Below, in pieces: positions 9,146 to 17,152 of a stretch of DNA of 26,701 nucleotides. The notes beneath the pieces were generated by a model, which searched no databases, was not told the origin of the DNA, and saw only the letters and a program-made list of their open reading frames with translations. The DNA lies in contig JBOEGF010000030.1 of NCBI GenBank assembly GCA_050633305.1, positions 1 to 26,701 on the forward strand, read 5' to 3'. A program made the translations under genes and the position numbers. Numbering within the stretch: the first letter of the stretch is position 1; every line of letters begins with the position of its first letter. Source of the DNA: Nannocystales bacterium (lineage in GTDB: Bacteria; Myxococcota_A; Polyangia; Nannocystales; Nannocystaceae).

Positions 9146-10924
9146 GTGCTGCGTGGATCGGCAATTCGATGTGCGAGGACGGTCGCCTTGCTCCTTTCGG
9201 TCGTTGCAGGGTGCGCAGACTTCGGGGCCTTCGGCTGCGACGAGGCCGCCGACTGCGACGCGCGGGCAGGTGGGCGATGCGAGGCGTCGCGGTGGTGCAG
9301 CTACGACGACGCCTCGTGCGACAGTGCCCGCCGCTATGGCCCCTATGCCGGCGACGGCCTCGCGGACGCCTGCCTCGAGGCGGACGCGCCCACGAGCACC
9401 GGCGACACGGGCTCGACCGGGTCCTCGGAGACCGACCCCACGGGCGAGTGTGACGCGGAGTCGTGTTCGGGGCTGGGCACCTGTGTCGAGGTCGACGCCG
9501 TCCCCACCTGTGCATGCGACGAGGGCACGTATCGCGAGGGGCTCGCCTGCCTCGAAGACCCCTGCACTCCCGGAGCGACCTGCCTCTTCGTCGACGCCGA
9601 GGCCGGCAGCGACGACGACGAGGGGAGTCGTGAGCGCCCCTGGCAGACCCTCGCGCCGTTGCAGTCGACCGCGCTGCAGCCGGGCACCTTCGTCCTGCTT
9701 CGTCGCGACCGCACCTACGCCAGCCCAGCGGAGCTCTCGGGCATCTTCGCCACCCTCGAGGCGCCGGTCACCCTGGGCGCCTGGGGTCCGCGGAACGCCG
9801 CCAAACCGGTGCTCAACGCCGGCCTGGTCGTCTCGGAGGCCGCCGGGCTGGTGCTGCGCGACCTGGAGCTGAGCAACCCAAGCGGGCCCTGCCTCCAGGT
9901 CGAGCGCACCGATGGCGTGGTCGGACGCAGCCTCAGCATCCACGACTGCGCTGGAGAAGGCATCGCCGTTCTCGACGGAAGTCAGCACACGGTGTGGATG
10001 GACAACGTCGTCAACGCCACGCAGAGCACGGGGATCGCCGTCCGCGACGTCGTGCGGTCCGTCGACGGCGTGGACACCGACATCTTCGTCGGGCCCCACC
10101 ACTACATCCTCGACAACGAACTCTCCGGAACCCACGGCGTGTTCGTCCGCCTGCGAGGGCCCGGCAGCGATGGCGACGTCAAGCTGCTGGGCAACACCCT
10201 GCTCGCCTCCACGTTCTCGGGACTCAGCTCGCTTCAGCGTGTGGGCTGGGTGGTCGGAAACACGGTCGGTGGACTCCCAGACGGCGCGGGCCTCACCGGG
10301 CGCCCGCACTCGCTGCTGATCGACTTGTCAGCGACGCAGCAGATCGCCGGCAACGTCTTCTTCGACAGCGGCCTTGGCGCAGAGATCGACCTGAGCACAC
10401 TCGGCGTGCTCGAGCGCAACACGTTCGCCTTCATGGCTCCTGACACGTCCGTGACCCGCCCGATGCGGCTGCAGGCTTCCACCACCCCACAGCGGCTGGT
10501 GATCCGTGGCAACCTCTTCCTGACGTCGGTTGACGAGCAGATCTCGACGGAGCCCGGCGCGCTCCTGACCGATATCGACAACAACGCCTTCGTCCCGCAG
10601 TCCGGCACCTGCGCGTTCGATGAGGGGGGAGACGTACTCTCGTTCGAGGCCTGGCAAGCCTTGGGCCGCGACCTCGCCTCGACGTGCGGAACCATTCCTG
10701 GGGTCACGGGCGACCTGCTGGCGGGAACCGATCCCGCGGCGCTGGAGGCCGAAGGCTTCTTCGCTCCGCTCGTCCCCGCGCCGGGCTGGGAGGGCTGCGA
10801 GGTCGGCGTTGGAGCCTTCGACTGCTCCGGGGCGCGGCATTCGGCGCCCCTGCTCGACCTCGGCCTGGCGGACGACTGGGACGGCATCCTCGAGGTGTGG
10901 CAGCGCTACGCCCGGGAGGGCTGA
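9146..10924 (+). CDS. Lipoprotein: six-Cys module, EGF-like repeat and right-handed parallel beta-helix (pectin-lyase-like fold)
   Basis: Lipobox VAG-C; CSGLGTCVEVDAVPTCACDEGTYREGLAC; FVDAEAGSDDDEGSRERPWQTL followed by N-ladder beta-helix repeats. Confidence 0.8.
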   Translation: MLRGSAIRCARTVALLLSVVAGCADFGAFGCDEAADCDARAGGRCEASRWCSYDDASCDSARRYGPYAGDGLADACLEADAPTSTGDTGSTGSSETDPTGECDAESCSGLGTCVEVDAVPTCACDEGTYREGLACLEDPCTPGATCLFVDAEAGSDDDEGSRERPWQTLAPLQSTALQPGTFVLLRRDRTYASPAELSGIFATLEAPVTLGAWGPRNAAKPVLNAGLVVSEAAGLVLRDLELSNPSGPCLQVERTDGVVGRSLSIHDCAGEGIAVLDGSQHTVWMDNVVNATQSTGIAVRDVVRSVDGVDTDIFVGPHHYILDNELSGTHGVFVRLRGPGSDGDVKLLGNTLLASTFSGLSSLQRVGWVVGNTVGGLPDGAGLTGRPHSLLIDLSATQQIAGNVFFDSGLGAEIDLSTLGVLERNTFAFMAPDTSVTRPMRLQASTTPQRLVIRGNLFLTSVDEQISTEPGALLTDIDNNAFVPQSGTCAFDEGGDVLSFEAWQALGRDLASTCGTIPGVTGDLLAGTDPAALEAEGFFAPLVPAPGWEGCEVGVGAFDCSGARHSAPLLDLGLADDWDGILEVWQRYAREG

Positions 10925-10958
10925 GCAGTTCGCCGCGACCGCGATCGCGGCTACAAAC

Positions 10959-10989
10959 TTCCTTGGACACCTTCGTCGGCTCGGGCAAC
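10959..10989 (+). promoter_or_regulatory. Bipartite motif TTCCTTGGACAC-N11-CGGGCAAC, copy 1 (candidate ECF promoter)
   Basis: Identical boxes and spacing at 15850-15880; 20 bp before ATG 11010. Confidence 0.6.
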
Positions 10990-11009
10990 CGAGTGTCCGA
11001 AGGCTGACG

Positions 11010-12725
11010 ATGCGCGAACCCGAGACCCCCTGTTGTCGAGCCCTCATCTGGGCTTTCCTGCTCACCGCACCGGGGTGCTACGCCGGCCTCGAGCTCGACG
11101 TTGACCCGTACCCCGACGCCTCCGGTGGCGAGGACGGCGAGGACGGCGAGGACGGCACATCAGGCGAGAGTGGCGGGGAGACCGGGGGTATCTCGGACGA
11201 CGCCGACTCTGCGTGCGGTCCGGCGGGGACCAACGTAATCGCGACCGCGCCCATGCGACGGCTCACTCGCCACGAGTACAATAACACGGTCCGCGACGTG
11301 CTCGACGACCACACCCAGCCCGCGGACGCCCTCGGCGTCGATATCAAGACGACCGGACGCGGCTTCGATGCCAATCGCCTCAACGACCTCACCACCGACG
11401 GTGTGGAAGACCTGCTCGGCACCGCCGAGGCCGTTGCCGCACGGGCGGTCGTCGAGCACGACCTCCCGACGTGGTTGGGGTGCGACCCGGACGTAAAGAT
11501 CTGCGTTGAGAGCTTCGTGGCGGAGAAGGGACGCCTCTTGTACCGCCGCCCCCTCACCGACGAGGAGCGGACCGCGGTCATGAGTGTGTACGGCGACGCG
11601 GCTGAGGAGGGAGGCCCGCAGGAGGGCATGGAGGCCGCGCTGACCGCGATGCTCGCCTCTCCGCACTTCACCTACCTCGTGGAGTTGGGTGAGCCCGTCG
11701 AGCCGGGCAGCCTCGTCCTGCGGCTCTCGTCCTACGAGGTCGCGGCCCGGCTTTCCTACTTCCTATGGTCATCAGGTCCGGACAGCACCCTCCTGGACCG
11801 GGCCGAAGCCGGAGCACTCGACGACCCGGCGGCGATCGAAGCGGAGGCCCGACGCATGCTCGCCGACGACCGGGCCCGCGACACGATCGGAACGTTCACG
11901 AACCAGTGGCTGCGGATCGACACCCACCTGGCCGAGGTGGACGACGCAGGACGCGACGCTGCGCTGTATCCGATGTGGTCCGAGACGCTGCGTGACTCGA
12001 TGCTCGAGGAGCTCACCCTCTTCGTCGACGATATTGTGCGCATCCGCGGACTGGGCGTCGACGAACTCCTCACGGCCTCCTATGGCTTCGTCGACGCAGA
12101 CCTCGCCGAGGTCTACGGCGTCGAGGCTCCGGCTCTGCCGATGATGCGGGTAGAGCTCGACCCGCAGACCCGTTCGGGGCTCCTCACGCGCGCGGCCGTG
12201 ATGGCCTCGAGCGCCTCCTCTCCCAACGAGCCAAACCTCATTTATCGCGGGCTCCTGGTCCGAAACGAGCTGATGTGCGGCAACCTCGAGCTGCCGGAGA
12301 TGGATGTCGACCAGCAGCTGTCCTCCGCGGAGCGCGTCGCCGACCCGTACTGCGGAACGTGTCACAGCCTCGTAGACCCCTTGGGACAGACGTTCGACGC
12401 GTACGACTCGATCGGTGCGCTTCGAACCATGGACAATGAGGGGAATCCGATCGACGCCACGGGGGTGTTATTCCCGCCTGAGACTCTCGCCGGTCCCGGA
12501 GCGCTCATCGACGAACTCATCGACTCCGAGACGGTCGATGACTGTCTCTTGGAGCGATGGACCGAGTTCGGGCTGCGAACCGAGGGCGGTATCGAGAACG
12601 AGGAGTGCACGCTGGAAGTCGTGCGTGAGGCCTACGAGAGCAGCGGCCACGACCTGCGCGAAGCCATCGTGGCGTTGACCACGACGGACGCGTTCCGGTT
12701 CCGCCGACTCGCCGAAGAAGACTGA
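11010..12725 (+). CDS. DUF1592-family multi-domain lipoprotein (DUF1587/1595/1592/1588-like) with a CxxCH motif
   Basis: MRRLTRHEYNNTVRDVL, LYRRPLTDEE, MLASPHFTY, YEVAARLSYFLWSSGPD, RSGLLT, CGTCHSLVDPLG; lipobox APG-C. Confidence 0.9.
   Translation: MREPETPCCRALIWAFLLTAPGCYAGLELDVDPYPDASGGEDGEDGEDGTSGESGGETGGISDDADSACGPAGTNVIATAPMRRLTRHEYNNTVRDVLDDHTQPADALGVDIKTTGRGFDANRLNDLTTDGVEDLLGTAEAVAARAVVEHDLPTWLGCDPDVKICVESFVAEKGRLLYRRPLTDEERTAVMSVYGDAAEEGGPQEGMEAALTAMLASPHFTYLVELGEPVEPGSLVLRLSSYEVAARLSYFLWSSGPDSTLLDRAEAGALDDPAAIEAEARRMLADDRARDTIGTFTNQWLRIDTHLAEVDDAGRDAALYPMWSETLRDSMLEELTLFVDDIVRIRGLGVDELLTASYGFVDADLAEVYGVEAPALPMMRVELDPQTRSGLLTRAAVMASSASSPNEPNLIYRGLLVRNELMCGNLELPEMDVDQQLSSAERVADPYCGTCHSLVDPLGQTFDAYDSIGALRTMDNEGNPIDATGVLFPPETLAGPGALIDELIDSETVDDCLLERWTEFGLRTEGGIENEECTLEVVREAYESSGHDLREAIVALTTTDAFRFRRLAEED
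11127..11156 (+). repeat. In-frame 9-bp tandem repeat (GGCGAGGAC)x3.3 encoding GED
   Basis: Read directly in the linker of the DUF1592 gene. Confidence 0.85.
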
Positions 12726-12749
12726 TCGAAGCAAGAGGAGTTTACGAAG

Positions 12750-14078
12750 GTGCGACATACGAAGATCCGACGACGAACCCTGATTCAAGGCCTTGGCGCG
12801 AGCACGCTGGCCGCCGCGCCGTTCCTCAGCCGCATGGCGCACGCCGAAGACGGTGCGCCGAAGCGGTTGGTCATCCTCGCGACCGGACAGAACTCCCTGC
12901 AAAAAGAGCTGTGGGGCCTCGATGGCCTCTCCTCTGGGGCGGACCTCCCCGCTCAGGTCTCGCCGGCCAACGCTCATCTCCCGCTGGAAGGTCTGCAGGA
13001 CTACCGAGACAGGCTCAACGTTCTGCTCCAGCTCGACGCGATGCCCGGCAACAGCGGGCACCGAAACTCCCCGCAGATGTTGACCGGCGTGCAGGCGAAG
13101 GTCAGCGACATCTATTCGGCAGGCATCTCGATCGACGCCCACATCTCTCAAGCGCTGCTGGGCCGACCTCCCATGGCGCTCGGCGCACTTGCAGGACGCC
13201 CGCCCGTCGATGAGCAGTCGTACCTGAGCTACGCCGGCGGAGGCCTGCCCATCGTCCCCGAAGACCATCCCATGGATGCCTTCGACAAGTACCTCTTCTC
13301 GGTCGACGCCGACGACCCGGCAGAGGTGAGACTCGCCGGACGTCGTCAGTCGGTTCGGGACCTGGTGCGCGGAGACCTTCAGCGGCTGCGAAGCCACGTC
13401 TCCAAAGAGGATTTCGAGCGGGTGCAGCGTCACCTCGAAGGACTCGACGCGATCGAGGACCGGCTCAGCGGTGGCCTGAACTGCTCGCCGGTGGCTCCCG
13501 TCCTACCCGCGGGCTACGACCCCATGTCGGCGCAGCACTACCCCGAGACCATGCGCATGCAGATCGACATCGCAGCCGCCGCGCTGGCCTGTGATGCTCA
13601 CCGTGTCGTGACCCTGCAGTTCGGCAAGAACGGGCCGAACTACATCTATCCGACCTGGCCCGAGCACGGGATCAACTACAGCTTCAACGAGCACCGCGCT
13701 GCCCATCGTGTCGACATGAACGACAACGACGTGGGGAACGACCCGAAGATCCACGTCGAGGCTTGGTACAATACGTTCGCGCTCAAGTACCTGCTCGACA
13801 AGCTCGACAGCGTGCCCGAGGACGATGGGAGGACCATGCTCGACAACACCCTCGTCATCCGCCTCAACCACTTCGGCGCGACGATGAACAACACGCACAA
13901 GGGTCCGAGCTCGATGATTCTGGCGGGGGGCCTCGGAGGCACGATCGAGACCGGCCGCGTCTACGACTTCCCCAGTTGGACCAACAACGACCTGTACACG
14001 GCGCTGTGTCAGAAGTTCGATCTCGAAGACGAGAGCTTCGGCGACGCCGACCGCAACAACGGGCCACTTCCCATCTGA
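12750..14078 (+). CDS. DUF1552-family Tat-exported protein
   Basis: Twin-Arg RRRTLIQGLG...AHA; APKRLV, ISIDAHI, RRQSVRDLV, HLEGLDAIE, AALACD, TMLDNTLV, MILAGG, NDLY; directly downstream of the DUF1592 gene. Confidence 0.9.
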   Translation: MRHTKIRRRTLIQGLGASTLAAAPFLSRMAHAEDGAPKRLVILATGQNSLQKELWGLDGLSSGADLPAQVSPANAHLPLEGLQDYRDRLNVLLQLDAMPGNSGHRNSPQMLTGVQAKVSDIYSAGISIDAHISQALLGRPPMALGALAGRPPVDEQSYLSYAGGGLPIVPEDHPMDAFDKYLFSVDADDPAEVRLAGRRQSVRDLVRGDLQRLRSHVSKEDFERVQRHLEGLDAIEDRLSGGLNCSPVAPVLPAGYDPMSAQHYPETMRMQIDIAAAALACDAHRVVTLQFGKNGPNYIYPTWPEHGINYSFNEHRAAHRVDMNDNDVGNDPKIHVEAWYNTFALKYLLDKLDSVPEDDGRTMLDNTLVIRLNHFGATMNNTHKGPSSMILAGGLGGTIETGRVYDFPSWTNNDLYTALCQKFDLEDESFGDADRNNGPLPI

Positions 14079-14162
14079 GGCACCAGCCCATTGCGACCAC
14101 AGCCCGGGTGACCGACTGCCCAAAGTGCAGGAAGTCCGGCGCTCGGAAAGCGCCCCGCACGG

Positions 14163-14813
14163 TCACTCCTGGCAGACGGTCCCGCTGTCGTCTCCCTGCG
14201 TGTAGTCGGCGCACCCGTCGCATGCGTCTTCGGACCACGTGAATACGATGGGCTCCTCGCCGCCGGTGACGGTGATGGTCCCGACATAGAACTCGTCGTC
14301 GCAGGCGGTGTCCTCGGCGTTCGAGACGATGCCCGACACGGCCAGGGTGGCATCGTCAAAGACGATGGTTCCCGAGATGTCGCTGGTGCCGCTGTCATTG
14401 AAGGAGGCTGCGAGCCAGCCCTCGCTGTCGCTGTAGGTGAGGTCCTCGTAGGACCAGGCTGTGTCGAAGGTGTCTGCGATGAGGGATCCGTTGATAACGA
14501 GGCTACCGCTGCTGTTCTGCCGCATCTCGCCGTCGTAGACAAACCGTCCATCGATTCCGAAGCCATCGAATTCGTAGGTGTCGGCGTCGGCTCCTTGGCT
14601 GACGACGACGGTCCCCACCCACGCCTGGTCGTCGTCATCGGTACAGTCACCGGTGATGGTCATCGCCGTCTCGGTCTGGGTGATGGCCGGGCAGGCATCT
14701 TGGGCGAGCACGAGGACGTTGGTCAACACCAGCCAGACAGCTGGAAGCGTGACGGCGGCGAGGGTCTGGGCGGGACTGACTGCGTTGGAAGATGCAGGGC
14801 TCTCGTCGGTGAA
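14163..14813 (-). pseudogene. 5'-truncated acidic, Cys-containing exported-type protein
   Basis: Protein-like from FTDESP (ACPAITQTETAMTITGDCTDDDDQAWVG, ACDDEFYVG, ACDGCA); no start codon of its own before the hipA sequence begins. Confidence 0.55.
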
Positions 14814-14814
14814 T

Positions 14815-15375
14815 CTCGTTGGCGGGCAGCCACCCGAACGCCGGGTTGGGCAGCTTGAGAATGTGGGTGGAGGGCGCGCCGGCGAGGGGCAACAGGATCG
14901 CGTCGGCGTGTACGCACACCGGGAGCTTGTCTTGCGCACCCGCGAGCGAGAGCCGATTGCTCTCGTCGAGCGTGGCTGCGACCGCGACTGGCTCGACGAG
15001 GCGCGCGAGTTCGGCGGGGGATAGCTGCCGGTAGTGCCCCACAGGCTCGCTCGCAGCTGGTTCCCGGTCGACATCGAGGACCAACGCACCCGCACACTCG
15101 CCGCCCAGTGCGACCAGGAGCCGCCAGTCATCGTCGGGCGCGATCCTCAGGCGTCGGGCAATTCGCTCGCGAGTGCTGCCCTCGGGCAGCAGGTTGTCGA
15201 ACCAGGCATGGACACCCTCCTCGATCGCGGGCTCCTGGAGCTGCAGCGAGCTCGAGACCGGCCACGCGTCGTCGGCCCCCAGCCAGCTCGGCGCATATGT
15301 GAATCGCCAGGGCTCGAGCACTCCGACGAGGGTGCCGCGGTAGCGGACGAAGAGACGCTGCGGCGACTCGTTCAT
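14815..15375 (-). pseudogene. hipA: hipA-like toxin, truncated after about 187 aa
   Basis: HipA N-terminal domain (FTYAPSWL, PVSSSL, WFDNLLPEG, GGECAGAL), P-loop SLAGAQDK, THILK, ANE; the C-terminal catalytic half is absent. Confidence 0.85.
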
Positions 15376-15614
15376 GCGTCGGCTCGATCCGAAAGGCTCA
15401 GCGAGACGCGGACTCCGAGTATTTCGAGGACGGCGAGCACCTTCCCGAGCTGAAGCGATGCCTTGCCGGCCTCGAGCTCACCAATGAAGCGCGGACCTAC
15501 GAGCGCGAGCTCACCGAGCTGCACCTGTGTGAGCTGCTGCGCCTTGCGTCGCAGGCGGACGACTGCACCGATCGCCTTGGGGGAGCGAGCGTCGATATGT
15601 TGGAGGGCCGCCAT
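15372..15614 (-). CDS. hipB: HipB-like XRE HTH antitoxin/repressor
   Basis: IGAVVRLRRKAQQLTQVQLGELALVGPRFIGELEAGKASLQLGKVLAVLEILG; 4-bp ATGA overlap with hipA. Confidence 0.88.
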   Translation of the reverse strand: MAALQHIDARSPKAIGAVVRLRRKAQQLTQVQLGELALVGPRFIGELEAGKASLQLGKVLAVLEILGVRVSLSLSDRADA

Positions 15615-15732
15615 CTTCCCGAGCGGGAAGATTAGCGGAGAGATGCCCTCGATTCCAGAAGAAACTTCCCGCTCGGGAAGATCAGGACTCGCCAGACGGC
15701 TAGATGGAGACAATCTTCCCGATCGGGAGGAT
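15613..15732. promoter_or_regulatory. Three palindromic operators ATCTTCCCG-NN-CGGGAAGAT
   Basis: Copies at 15613-15632 (perfect), 15663-15682 and 15713-15732 (one mismatch each); exactly 50-bp period, immediately upstream of hipB. Confidence 0.85.
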
Positions 15733-15849
15733 TTGGGGCGAGCGCTCGCGTCCGAGCGAAGCGGAGCGTGGCGGCTCGTCGTCCATCCCGCGAGCGTGAC
15801 GCCGAGGGTCGGATTCATCGCGTCCGTAGCGTAGCTGCGCCTACACAAG

Positions 15850-15880
15850 TTCCTTGGACACGGATCGCGACCCGGGCAAC
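15850..15880 (+). promoter_or_regulatory. Bipartite motif TTCCTTGGACAC-N11-CGGGCAAC, copy 2
   Basis: Matches 10959-10989; 53 bp before GTG 15934. Confidence 0.6.
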
Positions 15881-15933
15881 GGATGGCGTGACGCGGCGGT
15901 GTGCCGCACCACCCCCACCAAGGAAGCGCTCCC

Positions 15934-17142
15934 GTGAACACGCCAATTTCTCATCTCCACACGCTGGTTCTCATCTCATCGGTCCTCTGCGGTTGCGCGG
16001 AGGGGGACGTCGTCGACCTCGACGCCGACGACACCGACCAGGCCGCAGAGACGGACGAAGACTGGGACCCCGTGGCCGCAGCCTCGCCTGCGCCGACGCT
16101 GCGCTTCAAGAAGGACGCGTACTTCACTAACGAAGGCACCGGCAAAGCGAACGTCGTCGTACAGCTGAGTCAGGCGAGCAGCAGCGAGGTGTCCGTGGCG
16201 TACAAGACGCGCTCCGGGACTGCGCGGGCGACCGACGACTTTCATTGGGGGAACGACGTCTTGGTCTTCGCGCCCGGCCAGACTCGGAAGACCGTCACCG
16301 TGGATCTTCGGGATGACGACAAGCCGGAGGACGACGAGATCTTCACGGTACGGCTGTCCAATCCCAAGAACGCGAACATCACGACGGGATCCGTCAACGT
16401 GACGATCGTCGACGACGACGGTGGTTCGGGCGGTGGTTCGGGAGGCAGCTCGGGCAGCGCGTGCCCCTCCGATGACGACCTCCTGTGGGAAGACGACTTC
16501 ACCCCGTTCGACGTGTCCGACTACCACAAGCAATACAGCTGCGCTGCGAGCTCCCTGGACGTGGTGAACGGCGCACTGCGGATCACGACCGACGCAGGCC
16601 CGGTGACGCCCGGATGTTCGTACTTCTCGAACAACGAGTACGAGCAGAGGAAGCACCGCACCGAGCTCAGCGTGAACGCCTCTCGAACCCCGGCCGGCGA
16701 ACCTTTGTGGCTGAAGTTTCGCTTCAAGCTGGCCTCCGACAATCTGCCGGTGGGCCACATCTTCCTGCAGATGAACGGGAGCGAGCCCAACGTGAGATCC
16801 AACCCGGAGATCATCTTCCACCGCCAGGGCTCCAACATCACCGTGAACATCATGGCAAGGGACGGGAACCTCACCGTAGGCCCGGCCCAGACCGACGAAT
16901 GGGTCGACATGGTCGTGCACGTCAAGCAGTCGCGCGGCAACGACGGCTTCTTGAAGGTGTGGATGAACGGCGAGAAGCGCATCGACTACACCGGGAAGAC
17001 CAAGCGCTTCGCGGATCAGACGGAGCAGATCTTCAAGTTCGGAAACTACTGGGGCGAAACGAGTGGGTCGGGCAATCGCGTGGCGTTCTTCGATGACCTG
17101 AAGATCGGCTCGGGGGCCCCGCCGGCCTGCGTGCTGGAGTAG
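15934..17142 (+). CDS. Lipoprotein: Calx-beta domain plus polysaccharide-lyase-like beta-jelly-roll domain
   Basis: Lipobox LCG-C; Calx-beta (SGTARATDDF, LVFAPGQTRKTVTVDLRDDDKPEDDEIFTVRLSNP, VTIVDDD); lyase-like HRTEL, IFLQM, WVDMVVHVKQSRGNDGFLKVWMNG, FKFGNY, FFDDLKIG. AGGAAG upstream of the GTG. Confidence 0.8.
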   Translation: MNTPISHLHTLVLISSVLCGCAEGDVVDLDADDTDQAAETDEDWDPVAAASPAPTLRFKKDAYFTNEGTGKANVVVQLSQASSSEVSVAYKTRSGTARATDDFHWGNDVLVFAPGQTRKTVTVDLRDDDKPEDDEIFTVRLSNPKNANITTGSVNVTIVDDDGGSGGGSGGSSGSACPSDDDLLWEDDFTPFDVSDYHKQYSCAASSLDVVNGALRITTDAGPVTPGCSYFSNNEYEQRKHRTELSVNASRTPAGEPLWLKFRFKLASDNLPVGHIFLQMNGSEPNVRSNPEIIFHRQGSNITVNIMARDGNLTVGPAQTDEWVDMVVHVKQSRGNDGFLKVWMNGEKRIDYTGKTKRFADQTEQIFKFGNYWGETSGSGNRVAFFDDLKIGSGAPPACVLE

Positions 17143-17152
17143 GGGCAGCCCT

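Noticed and set aside
9139..9165. Third copy of the bipartite motif (GGACCG...GGCAA), and TGGACAC near 21317
   Set aside because: Weak matches with wrong spacing or no second box.
7608..9515. Long Arg/Pro-rich ORFs (635 aa here, 552 aa at 15976-17634 and similar)
   Set aside because: Alternative frames of well-supported genes, with no recognisable motifs.
9089..10309. Long N-terminal extension on the ECF sigma factor (626-aa ORF)
   Set aside because: Antisense shadow of the beta-helix lipoprotein gene; sigma similarity starts at 9088.
15613..15732. Palindromic repeats with 30-bp spacers as a CRISPR array
   Set aside because: Only three 20-bp units, one overlapping the hipB start codon, no cas genes; operators fit better.
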